Shown: positions 40,827 to 49,929 of the stretch, piece after piece
Position numbering within the stretch: the first letter of the stretch is position 1
How the letters are laid out: every line of letters begins with the position of its first letter
Source: an uncultured Actinomycetes bacterium
GTDB lineage: Bacteria > Actinomycetota > Thermoleophilia > Solirubrobacterales > Solirubrobacteraceae
Assembly: GCA_963714935.1 (NCBI GenBank)
Contig: CAVQQA010000005.1
Span: forward strand, 28,289 to 92,288
Direction of reading: 5' to 3'
Length of the DNA: 64,000 nt
Translations under genes and position numbers: made by a program
The notes under the pieces: generated by a model
Told to the model about the DNA's origin: nothing
Databases searched by the model: none
What the model saw: only the letters and a program-made list of their open reading frames with translations

Positions 40827-43247
40827 TCAGGCCGCGGGCAGTGGCTGGCTGAGCGTCAGCACCTCCGCGAAGAGGTCTCCGTGCTCCGCGATCCGCTCGC
40901 GGACCTGGCCCGCCGTGAACACCAGCTGCTCGGCGTCCCCTGAGGCGAGGCATGCCTCAACCTCCTCCCACGTCACGGGCGTCGAGACAGTCGGCCGGTC
41001 ACGACCGCGCAGCGAGTAGACGGCGACCGTCGTCTTGGCACGGTCGTTCTGCGCCCAGTCGATCAGCACCTTCCCCCTGCGCGCCGTCTTCGCCTGAGTG
41101 GACACGGCCAGCGCGGGCTCCTCGCGGGCGAGCAGGTCCGCAACGGCCCTGGCGAACGTCTTCGAGGCCTCGAACGTCGCATCGGGCCGGTTCAGCGGCA
41201 TGTACACCTGGAGACCCTTGGAGCCTGACGTCTTGGCGAGACTGTCGAGGCCGAGCCCATCGAGCATGCCGCGAAGCAGTCGCGCGACCTGACAGCACTC
41301 GACGATCGTCGCCGGCGCGCCGGGATCGAGGTCGAAGACCACGGCGGTGGGACGGTCCGCGGTCTTCGCGAGCGCGAGCGAGGGATGCAGTTCCAGCGCT
41401 GCCAGCTGCGCCAGCCAGACCAGCGTGGCGGGCTCGTCTGCGAGGACGAAGTCGATCGTCTCGCGGCCGAGCGTGACCGCCTGCGTCTTCGCCCAGCCCG
41501 GTCTGTGTGACGGTGCGCGCTTCTCGAAGAAGGCCTCACCCTCGACGCCGTCCGGGTAGCGCTTCAGGGTCAGGGCGCGGCCCGCGAGGTGCGGCAAGAG
41601 CGTCCATGCCACCGCCGCGTAGTAGTCGATCACCTGCCGCTTGCTGAAGCCCGCCTCCGGGAAGAGCACCTTCTCGAGGTTGGTGACCGCAACCCGGCGC
41701 CCGCCGATCAGCGCCGTCGCCGTTGCTCCCCTGCCGCGCACGTTCCGCTCTTCGACGAGCACCAGCCTGGTCGGCCCGTCGTCGCGCAGGCCGAGCCACA
41801 CGGGGTGGCGCAGCAGCCCGCCCTCGGGATGCTCGGTGAAGCGGACCTCGCCGACCAACTCCGGCGAGACCCAGTGGCTGCCGGACGGCGGGCCGCTGCC
41901 GCGGGCGGTGGCCGCGAACGGGGAGCGATCCGCCGCGAGCGGCTGCAGGCGCGCCGCGAGGTCGTCCAGTGCCCGCTCGGAGAAGCCGGTCCCGACCCGC
42001 CCGGCGTAGCGCAGGAGACCATCGGCGCCCGGTTCGCCGACGAGCAGTGCGCCGATCCCGCCCGAGCGTCCCCCCTCCCCCTCGACCCAGCCGCCGATGA
42101 AGAGATCCGCCGTGTGGCCCTGCTTGACCTTGACCCACGCGCTGCTGCGCCTGCCCGGTTCGTAGGGGGCGCTGCGCCGCTTGGCGACGATGCCCTCGAG
42201 TCCGAGGCTCGCGGCCGCGGTCAGGAGCGCCGCGCCTTCGTCGTGAGGTTCAGGCGTCTGCCAGTGATCGCCGTCGAGGTCCAGGGCGCTGAGCAGTTCG
42301 CGGCGATCGGAGTACGGGAGCCCCATCAGCGAGCGTCCATCGAGCCAGAGCAGGTCGAACACCACGTAGGTCACGGGCACCTCGCCCGCGAGCTTGCGAA
42401 CCCGGGCTGCGTTCTCGACGTGCATGCGGCGCTGAAGCGCCTGGAAGCTGGGGCGCCCCTGCGCGTCGAAGGCGACGATCTCCCCGTCGAGCACCGCCGA
42501 GTGCTCATGGAGAGCGCGGTTCATGCGTGCGAGCTCTGGATAGCGAGCGGTGATGTCGCCGCCCGATCTCGCAGACAACGTCATCCGCCCCGGCTCCGAA
42601 CGCGCTTGCGCGCGAATACCGTCCCACTTGACCTCGAACGCCCAGTCGTCGCCCTCGGGCACCTCTCCGGGCCGGGCCAGCATCGGCGCCACGAAGTCCG
42701 GCATCGGCTGCGCGTCAGGGTCGGCCGGCGCGCCCATGCGGTGGATCATCCAGTCCTTGCCCGCCGGCTCACCGGCGGGCGCGAGCGGGAACAGCGCGTA
42801 GCGCCCGCGCACTCGCTCTCCGTGCAGGTCGACCTCCACCTTGCGCGCTTCCCACTTGAGCGGCTCGTAGGTCCCCGAGTCGTGGATGCGCATCGTCCCC
42901 GCGCCGTACTCCCCCTCCGGAATCTCGCCCTCGAACGCGAGGTAGTCGATCGGGTGATCCTCGGTCCGCACCGCGATCCGGTTGTCGCCGGACGACCCGG
43001 GGATGTACCGCGGCAGCGCCCACGAGACGAGCACGCCGTCACGCTCCAGCCGCAGGTCCCAGTGCAGCCGGGTCGCGTCGTGCTCCTGGATCACGAACCG
43101 CGGGGCGTTGCCCGTCTCGCCGTCCGAGGCACCGCCGGCAGGCTCGGGCGTCGCACCGAAATCCCTCTTCGAGCGATATCCACGGAGCGGGTCGGCCACC
43201 CCGCCGTTATACCCGTCACGGGGCGACTCGGAGGCCCGTATCGACAC
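40827..43247 (-). CDS. ligD: multidomain NHEJ ligase LigD (3'-phosphoesterase - ATP-dependent ligase - polymerase/primase)
   Basis: Intact 806 aa. PE domain: PRFVIQEHDATRLHWDLRLE. Ligase: FEVKWDGIRAQA (KxDG). Polymerase: LTLKRYPDGVEGEAFFEKRAP. No ku gene is adjacent. Confidence 0.9.
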   Translation of the reverse strand: MSIRASESPRDGYNGGVADPLRGYRSKRDFGATPEPAGGASDGETGNAPRFVIQEHDATRLHWDLRLERDGVLVSWALPRYIPGSSGDNRIAVRTEDHPIDYLAFEGEIPEGEYGAGTMRIHDSGTYEPLKWEARKVEVDLHGERVRGRYALFPLAPAGEPAGKDWMIHRMGAPADPDAQPMPDFVAPMLARPGEVPEGDDWAFEVKWDGIRAQARSEPGRMTLSARSGGDITARYPELARMNRALHEHSAVLDGEIVAFDAQGRPSFQALQRRMHVENAARVRKLAGEVPVTYVVFDLLWLDGRSLMGLPYSDRRELLSALDLDGDHWQTPEPHDEGAALLTAAASLGLEGIVAKRRSAPYEPGRRSSAWVKVKQGHTADLFIGGWVEGEGGRSGGIGALLVGEPGADGLLRYAGRVGTGFSERALDDLAARLQPLAADRSPFAATARGSGPPSGSHWVSPELVGEVRFTEHPEGGLLRHPVWLGLRDDGPTRLVLVEERNVRGRGATATALIGGRRVAVTNLEKVLFPEAGFSKRQVIDYYAAVAWTLLPHLAGRALTLKRYPDGVEGEAFFEKRAPSHRPGWAKTQAVTLGRETIDFVLADEPATLVWLAQLAALELHPSLALAKTADRPTAVVFDLDPGAPATIVECCQVARLLRGMLDGLGLDSLAKTSGSKGLQVYMPLNRPDATFEASKTFARAVADLLAREEPALAVSTQAKTARRGKVLIDWAQNDRAKTTVAVYSLRGRDRPTVSTPVTWEEVEACLASGDAEQLVFTAGQVRERIAEHGDLFAEVLTLSQPLPAA

Positions 43248-43281
43248 CGACGCTCTGACGGTGCGGCCTCGCGATGGCTGA

Positions 43282-43334
43282 CAAGGACGCAGGGAGCGTG
43301 GCGTGCGCCAGCACGCGAGCGACCGAGGACGCCG
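43282..43334. repeat. 53-bp intergenic repeat, copy B (exact match to 3061-3113)
   Basis: Identical 53-mer, 22 nt past the MoaD-like stop on the minus strand and 35 nt upstream of the ligD GTG. The next ~18 nt towards the stop codon are also about 80% similar between the copies. Confidence 0.9.
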
Positions 43335-43356
43335 TCAGCCGCAGCGAGACGCGCCG

Positions 43357-43635
43357 TCAGCAGCCGCCGGCCACGGCGGGGAGGATGGTGACCTCCTGCC
43401 CCGGGGCGACCTCGGTCTCGAGCGCCTCGCCGAAGCGGATGTCCTCGCCTGCGACGTACACGTTCACGAACCGGCGCAGCCCACCGCTCTCGTCGGTGAG
43501 GCGGTCGCGCAGCTCGGCGTGCTGCTCGAAGAGAGCGTCGAGAACCGCTCCAACGGTGGCGCCGTCGACCTCGACCGCGCTGACGCCGCCGGCCGCCTCG
43601 CGCAACTGCGTCGGGAGCTTGACGGTGACGCTCAT
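43357..43635 (-). CDS. MoaD/ThiS-family ubiquitin-like sulfur-carrier protein (or a C-terminal carrier domain fused to the upstream ThrC-like enzyme), ending ..AVAGGC
   Basis: The ATG at 43635 gives 92 aa: MSVTVKLPTQLREAAGG..VNVYVAGEDIRFGEALETEVAPGQEVTILPAVAGGC*. This is a beta-grasp carrier pattern with C-terminal Gly-Gly plus one Cys. No stop codon separates it from the upstream ORF. Confidence 0.75.
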   Translation of the reverse strand: MSVTVKLPTQLREAAGGVSAVEVDGATVGAVLDALFEQHAELRDRLTDESGGLRRFVNVYVAGEDIRFGEALETEVAPGQEVTILPAVAGGC

Positions 43636-44899
43636 GCGCGAACGCCCTCGACTCTCGACGTCTGCCACGAACGAGTCGTATGAGGCATCGATCTCGAATG
43701 TGTCGAACGTGTCGCGGACGGCGTCGAGCGTCTTGAGGCCTTCGCCGGTGATCGTCAGGACGACACTCTCGTCAGGCCGGATCGCGCCCCGCGCCGCGAG
43801 CTTCGCAAGGCCTGCGGTGGTCACGCCGCCGGCGGTCTCCGTGAAGATCCCGGTCGTCTCGGCGAGCAGCCGGATGCCGTGGCGGATCTCCTCGTCGGTC
43901 ACCGACTCGATCGTCCCGCCGCTGGTCTTCGCCAGCTCCAGCGCGTAGGGGCCGTCCGCCGGGTTGCCGATCGCGAGCGACTTGGCGATCGTGTCGGGCT
44001 TGACCGGCCTGCAGACCTCCGCCCCGCTCTCCCACGCCTGCGCGACGGGCGAGCAGCCACTGGCCTGCGCTCCGTGCATGACCGGCACGTCACCGCTGAT
44101 GAGGCCGAGGTCCAGCCATTCGCTGAAGCCCTTGGCGATCTTCGTGTACAGCGACCCGGACGCGACCGGCGCGACGACGCGATCCGGTGTGCGCCATCCG
44201 AGCTGCTCGGCGATCTCGTAGGAGATCGTCTTCGAGCCCTCCGCGTAGTACGGCCGCAGGTTGACGTTCACGAACGCCCAGTCGCGCTCGCCGGAGAGCT
44301 CGGTGCACAGGCGGTTGACGTCGTCGTAGTTGCCGCGGACCTTCACGACGTTGGTGCCGTAGACGCCGGTCGCCAGGACCTTCTGCTCCTCCAGGTCGGC
44401 CGGGATGAAGACGTAGCTGTCCAGGCCGAGTGCCGCGGCGTGTGCGGCGACGGAGTTCGCGAGGTTGCCCGGTCGAGGCGCACGCGAGCACCTCGTAGCC
44501 GAGTTCCCTCGCGCGGGCAGCGGCGACGCTGACGACGCGGTCCTTGAACGAGTGTGTGGGATTGGCCGCGTCGTTCTTGACCCAGACCTCGCCGAGCCCG
44601 AGCCGCTCGGCGAGCCGGTCGGCGCGAATCATCGGGGTGCAGCCTGCGGGCAGGCCGCTGCGTGAAGACGCTCTCCCGGACGGCCCGGGCTGCCCGCCGA
44701 CGAGCGGCAGGAAGTCCGCGTAGCGCCAGATGTTCTGAGGTCCGCCCTGGATGCGGCGGCGGATCTCCGCACGGTCGGTGGTCAGCCCGGTGTGGTCGTA
44801 CGCGACCTCGAGCGGACCGAAGCAGCGGCTGCAGACGTAGCTCGCATCTAGTTCGTACTGCGCGCCGCACTCGCGGCAATTCAGGCTTGTAGCTCCCAT
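43636..44899 (-). CDS. threonine-synthase-family PLP enzyme with an N-terminal zinc ribbon (ThrC-like; possibly a MetM-type homocysteine synthase); one frame break near 44468
   Basis: MGATSLNCRECGAQYELDASYVCSRCFGPLEV, NPTHSFKDRVVSVA (PLP lysine), ACASTG(+1 nt)NLANSVAAHAAALG and GNPADGPYALE..ETAGGVTTAG. It is preceded by a SAM riboswitch. Confidence 0.85.
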
Positions 44900-44944
44900 G
44901 GAAACCTCGCTGTGACACGTGGCGGAGACCTCTGGAAGCTCCGT

Positions 44945-45031
44945 CCACATCTTTCAGGAATTGGCACCGTCCCCAATTACGGGGGGTTGCCGGGGTTTCG
45001 TCGGGCCAGTCCCTCCACCCCTCTGGATGTG
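44945..45031 (-). promoter_or_regulatory. SAM-I-family riboswitch aptamer lacking P4 (SAM-I or SAM-I/IV variant)
   Basis: The minus strand reads CACAUCCAGAGGGGUGGAGGGACUGGCCCGACGAAACCCCGGCAACCCCCCGUAAUUGGGGACGGUGCCAAUUCCUGAAAGAUGUG. This is near-identical to the SAM-I core (AGAG-GGUGGAGGGACUGGCCCGAUGAAACCCGGCAACC...GGUGCCAAUUCC..GAAAGAUG). P1 is CACAUC/GAUGUG. It ends 45 nt upstream of the ThrC-like ATG. Confidence 0.85.
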
Positions 45032-45118
45032 TCAGCTATGTGGGGCGGCAGCCTAGCACGCAGGTAGACTGGAACGCGAGGCGAAATCCGATGAACACCG
45101 ACGAGCCGCGAAGTCCCG

Positions 45119-46129
45119 ATGCCCAGCCTGCCGAAGCCCCGCCTGCGCAGAGCAGCCCGTTCTCGCGCTGCCGTTCTCACCCAGCCGCCTGAGGCTCCGA
45201 CCCCGCAGATCGAGTCCATCGACGCCGGCCCCGAGGGTCGGCCGCTGCGCTGGATCAACCTGGAGCGCTGGCGCCCGACCGAGCGCGCCTGGCTCGAGGA
45301 GCACTTCGACTTCCACGCCCTCGACTACGAGGATGTCGGCTCGCGCAACCAGCGGCCGAAGGTCGACGAATACGACGACTACCTGTTCATCGTGCTGCAG
45401 TTCCCGCGCTACGACAAGCAGCTCGGCCGGCTGAGCGCGATCGAGATCGACATCTTCCTGGGACCGGACTACGTGATCACGATCCCGGACCGGCCGCTTC
45501 AGTCGCTCGATTACCTCTTCGAGCGCTGCCGCGACAAGCAGGACCTCCGTGAGCAGCTCTTCGGCAAGGGCCCCGGATACCTGCTCTACCGGATCGTCGA
45601 CGACTCCGTCGACGCGGCGTTCCCGATGCTCCGCAAGATGGGCAACAAGCTCGAGCGTCTCGAGGACGACATCTTCGAGGGCCGATCGAACGAGGTCGTG
45701 CGCGACATCTTCGACGTCAAGCAGGAGATCATCAACTTCCGCAAGACCGTGCGGCCGATGCGCACGGCGCTCAGCGACCTGGAGCGCACCACGAAGCGGT
45801 ACATCCCAGAGGAGCTGGAGATGTACTTCGACGACATCAACGACGCGTCCGAGCGCATCTGGGACATGCTGGAGAACTTCAAGGAGGTCGTCGAGGCGCT
45901 CGAGGCGACCAACGAGTCGGTCATCTCACATCAGCTGAACGACGTGCTGCGCGTGCTGACGTCGATCAGCGTCGTCGTGCTTCCGCTGACGCTGATCGCG
46001 AGCATCTTCGGGATGAACGTCCACGTCCCCTGGCAGGACGAGACCGAGGGCTTCGTCGTGACGATCGGCGTCATGGTGGCGCTGCTGCTGGCGATGGTCT
46101 GGGCCTTCCGCCGCCGCGGGTTCCTCTGA
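45119..46129 (+). CDS. corA: magnesium/cobalt transporter CorA
   Basis: Intact 336 aa with a C-terminal two-TM region carrying the signature ASIFGMNV (GMN motif). Confidence 0.9.
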   Translation: MPSLPKPRLRRAARSRAAVLTQPPEAPTPQIESIDAGPEGRPLRWINLERWRPTERAWLEEHFDFHALDYEDVGSRNQRPKVDEYDDYLFIVLQFPRYDKQLGRLSAIEIDIFLGPDYVITIPDRPLQSLDYLFERCRDKQDLREQLFGKGPGYLLYRIVDDSVDAAFPMLRKMGNKLERLEDDIFEGRSNEVVRDIFDVKQEIINFRKTVRPMRTALSDLERTTKRYIPEELEMYFDDINDASERIWDMLENFKEVVEALEATNESVISHQLNDVLRVLTSISVVVLPLTLIASIFGMNVHVPWQDETEGFVVTIGVMVALLLAMVWAFRRRGFL

Positions 46130-46161
46130 TCGCGGGCGCGTGTCTCGGCGAGGGCGTACCG

Positions 46162-47148
46162 TTGTGTCCATGTCCCTCCCCGCCGTGCCATCGACACTCG
46201 CCGTCGAGGACCTGGAGACGAAGGCGCGGTCGCCGCCGTCTGGCGCTGATCGTCAACCCGTACGCGACATCCGTGTCGCGCCACATGCGCACGCTCGTGC
46301 TGGCCGCTCTGCGCAGCCGCTATGAGATCGCCGTGATGGACACGTCGGGACCCGGGCACGCCACCCAGCTGGCGCGCGAGGCGGCGGAGGAGAACGTAGA
46401 CGCCGTGATCACGTTCGGCGGGGACGGCACGGTCAACGAGGCGGCGAACGGCCTGGCCGGCAGCGAAGTTCCCCTGTTCCCGTTGCCCGGCGGCTCCCAG
46501 AACGTCTACGCCAAGATGCTCGGCATCTCCGGCGACATCGTCGACGCCACACAGCACCTGCTCCGCATCGACGACAGCTGGCGCCCCCGCCGCGTCGACC
46601 TCGGCCGCGTTCAGGGGCGGCTCTTCACGTTCTCGGCGGGCGCGGGCCTGGATGCGAGCGTCGTCGAGCGGGTCGATGCCAACCCCGCACGCAAGGCTCG
46701 CTGGCGCGAGCGCTACTACGCCGTCAGCGCGGCGCGCGTCTTCCTGCGCCGCTACATCGTCCGGCCGCCGCGCATCCACATCGAGTCTCCGGACCATTCG
46801 GTGCGCGGGGTGACCGTGATCGTCCAGAACGGCGACCCCTACACCTACTTCGGTCAACGACCGATCCGCGTCTGCGAGGGGATCGGGCTCGACGACGGGA
46901 CGCTGTCCGCCGCCGTCCTCGAGCGCGCCTCGCCGGTCGACCTCCCGACGATGGGCGCGCGCCTGCTTGCAGATGGACTCGAGGCCACCGATCACCGCCA
47001 CGCGAGCTCCCTCCCGGGGCTCGCGGGTTTCGACGTGCGTGCCGTCGGGGAGCGCCCGTTCGCCGTCCAGGTCGACGGCGACTTCCTGGGGCGCTTCGAT
47101 CACGTGCGCTTCGAAGCCGTCCCCGAGGCGCTGACGGTCGTCAGCTGA
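46162..47148 (+). CDS. diacylglycerol/lipid kinase family protein (DAGK catalytic domain); N-terminus ambiguous
   Basis: RRLALIVNPYA..AVITFGGDGTVNEAANGL..PLPGGSQNVYA. The TTG-46162 reading gives an odd Cys/Pro-rich start. ATG 46170 (MSLPAVPSTLAVEDLETKA) would need a 1-nt correction near 46240. Confidence 0.8.
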   Translation: MCPCPSPPCHRHSPSRTWRRRRGRRRLALIVNPYATSVSRHMRTLVLAALRSRYEIAVMDTSGPGHATQLAREAAEENVDAVITFGGDGTVNEAANGLAGSEVPLFPLPGGSQNVYAKMLGISGDIVDATQHLLRIDDSWRPRRVDLGRVQGRLFTFSAGAGLDASVVERVDANPARKARWRERYYAVSAARVFLRRYIVRPPRIHIESPDHSVRGVTVIVQNGDPYTYFGQRPIRVCEGIGLDDGTLSAAVLERASPVDLPTMGARLLADGLEATDHRHASSLPGLAGFDVRAVGERPFAVQVDGDFLGRFDHVRFEAVPEALTVVS

Positions 47149-47186
47149 CCCACCGCACGCAGCGACCGCCGCGGCCCGCGGCGACG

Positions 47187-47412
47187 ACGCCGGCGAGAAC
47201 GTTCCGCCAAGCGAAACAAACACGCCGAGGCGCACACGCAGCGCTCACGCCGGCGAGAACGTTCCGCAAAGCGAAACAAACGCGCCGAGGCGCACACGCA
47301 GCGCCCACGCCGGCGAGAACGTCCCGCCAAGCGAAACAAACGCGCCGAGGCGCACACGCAGCGTTCACGCCGGCGAGAACGTCCCGCCAAGCGAAACAAA
47401 CGCGCCGAGGCG
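47187..47412. repeat. 60-bp tandem minisatellite, about 3.7 copies, in the convergent gap between the lipid kinase and relA
   Basis: The unit is acgccggcgagaacgt(t/c)ccgc(c/a)aagcgaaacaaac(a/g)cgccgaggcgcacacgcagcg(c/t)(t/c)c, repeated at 47187, 47247, 47307 and 47367 with 1-4 substitutions per copy. Each unit carries the palindromic cores GGCGAGAACGTTCCGCC and GCGCCGAGGCGC. Confidence 0.9.
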
Positions 47413-47565
47413 GGGGCGGGCGGCATCCTGTCCGGGGAGCTCCGCCCGACCGCCTGGAAGGCGGGAGCGGCGCCCCGGCGGGATGACCGCCCGCGCCCGC
47501 CCGACCACGAACGCCGCGATAGGCGCCCACCCGAGACCGCTGAGCGCTCGGCGCACCCGAGACCG

Positions 47566-49929
47566 CTAGGCGCTCGGCGTCACCCGGTAGGCGTCGAAGA
47601 CGCCCTCGATGTGCCGCAGTCGGCTCACCATCGCCTTCAGCGCCTGCGTGTCGGCCACCTCGACAACGAAGCGGTTGCCGACCATCGGCCGGTTCACCAG
47701 GCAGCGCGCTTCGACGATGTTGATGCCGTGCTCGGAGAAGGTCCGCGACAGGTCCTCGAGCAGGCGGTGACGGTCCCATGCGTCGACCTGCAATCTCGAC
47801 CTTGAACGAGGTCTCGTGGTCGCCCTCCCAGTGCACGGTCACGAAGCGCTCGGGGTCCTTGCGCAGCGCGGCGACGTTCGGGCAGTCGTCACGATGGATC
47901 GTGATCCCGCGACCGAGCGAGACGTAGCCGACGATCGGGTCGCCCGGAACCGGGTGACAGCACTTCGCGAGCCGCAGCATCACGTCGTCGACGCCGTCGA
48001 CCCGGATGCCGTACGTGGCCGACGAGCCGCCCGGCTGGCGCCGCCGACGACGGTCTGAGACCAGCGTGTCGGGCACGCCGCTCTCCTCTTCAGCGGCCTC
48101 GCCCTGCTTGAGGCGCTGCATCAGCTTGTTGACGACGACCTTCGGTGAGATCTTCGCTCCGCCGAGCGCGATGTAGAAGTCGTCGGCCTTGCGGAAGCCC
48201 ATCTCGCGGATCACGTCGGCCAGCAGCGGCGAGCCCGCGATCTTCTGCGCCGGCAGACCAGCCTTGCGCAGATGCTCCTGGAGCAGATCGCGCCCGGTGT
48301 GCTCGGCGTCCTGGCGACCTTCGGCCTTGAAGAACTGGCGGATCTTGTTGCGGGCGCGCGTCGTCTTGACGACCGCGAGCCAGTCACGCGACGGCCCGCG
48401 CTCGCGCTTGCTGGTCAGCACCTCGACGCGGTCGCCGGAGCGCAGCTGGTAGGTGAGCGGGACGATCCGTGCCGTTGACCTTCGCCCCGACACAGCGGTG
48501 GCCGAGCTCCGTGTGGATCTCGTAGGCGAAGTCGAGCGGGGTCGCGCCGGCGGCGAGTGACTTGACCTCGCCCTTGGGCGTGAAGACGAAGACCTCCTCG
48601 CTCGATCAGGTCGTCCTTGAGGTGGGCTCGACGAACTCCTTGGGGTCCGACAGCTCCTGCTGCCAGTCGAGCATCGAACGCAGCCAGTGCAGCTTCGCGT
48701 CGCCCTCCGGGACCTTGACGCGGCGACCCGACGGGTCGGTCTTGTACATCCAGTGCGCGGCGACGCCGTACTCGGCGATGCTCGTGCATCTCCCGGGTCC
48801 GGATCTGGATCTCCAGCGGCAGTCCCTCGGGTCCGATCACCGTCGTGTGCAGCGACTGGTACAGGTTGAACTTCGGCATCGCGACGAAGTCCTTGAAGCG
48901 CCCGGGCAGCGGCTTCCAGAGCGAGTGGATGACTCCCACGGCTCCGTAGCAGTCCTTGACGGAGTCGACGATGACCCGCATCGCGGTCAGGTCGTAGATC
49001 TCGTTGAACTCGCGGCCCTTGCGGGTCATCTTCGAGTAGATCGAGTAGAAGTGCTTGGCGCGGCCGGAGATCTCGCGCGTCGATGCCGACCGCGTCGAGC
49101 TCGCGGCTCAGCGTCTCCGCCGGCGTCGGTGACGTAGTGCTCGCGCTCGCTCGCGCTGCTGGTTGACCAGCCCCTTGATCTCCTGGTACTTGCGCGGATG
49201 CAGCGCGGCGAAGGCGAGATCCTCGAGCTCCCACTTGATCGCGTGGATGCCGAGCCGGTGCGCGATCGGCGCGTAGATCTCAAGCGTCTCCTTGGCCTTC
49301 TCGATCTGCTTCTGCTTGGCAGAGCGCCGAGATCGTGCGCATGTTGTGCAGGCGATCGGCGAGCTTGATCAGGATGACCCGGATGTCCGTGGCCATCGCG
49401 ACCATCATCTTGCGGTAGTTCTCGGCCTGCGCCTCGTCGCGCGAGGTGAAGGTGATCGCCGTCGAGCTTCGTGACGCCGTCGACGAGCGATGCGACCTCC
49501 TCGCCGAAGCGCTCGCTCGACCTCGGCCAGCTGCGCGCTCGTGTCCTCGACCGTGTCGTGCAGCAGCGCGGCGCAGAGCGTCTCGGTGTCGAGCCGCATT
49601 CCGGCGCAGATCTTCGCCACGCCGACCGGGTGGACGATGAACTCCTCGCCCGACTTGCGACGCTGGTCGGCGTGATGACCATAGGCGAACAGGAACGCCG
49701 CGGTCACGCGGTCGCGGTCCACCGGCAGCGCCGCTTCGTCGGCGTGCTCCTCGACGATCGCGAACAGGTCTGACAGCAGGCGCTCAGCGGTCGGCGTCAG
49801 CTCCCCGACGTGCGTCGGCGCCGCGCCGTTGGCGCGATCGACCGCGTCGACCGGGCTGCGGCTCGTGACCGCCGGCCGCGGCGACGACTCGGTCGTCAGG
49901 CCGCCAGCGCGATCGTGCGGGTCAGCCAT
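47566..49929 (-). CDS. relA: bifunctional (p)ppGpp synthetase/hydrolase RelA/SpoT homolog, many frame breaks
   Basis: ATG at 49929. HD domain: [31 protein letters not shown]. Synthetase: [39 protein letters not shown]: [12 protein letters not shown]-terminus: ORF 47566-47793. Confidence 0.9.

Noticed and set aside
41589-43391. Long antisense ORFs (e.g. 41589-43391 +, 12410-13744 +, 29025-30278 +, 54914-56320 +, 45931-47235 -, 36498-37529 -)
   Set aside because: They lie opposite clearly recognisable genes. They are dominated by Arg/Ala/Pro/Gly low-complexity sequence and have no motifs. This is typical stop-codon-poor shadow ORF behaviour in ~70% GC DNA.
47187-47412. A regularly spaced repeat array that might be a CRISPR locus
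   Set aside because: The whole 60-bp unit is repeated almost identically. There are no unique spacers between shorter repeats, no cas genes and no leader. It is a tandem minisatellite.
47100-47426. A 108-aa minus-strand ORF with a 20-aa repeat (ARLFRLAGRSRRRERCVCAS) as a repeat protein
   Set aside because: It is created by the minisatellite being open in all frames. It overlaps the 3' end of the lipid kinase gene, has no RBS or recognisable domain, and has an implausible composition.
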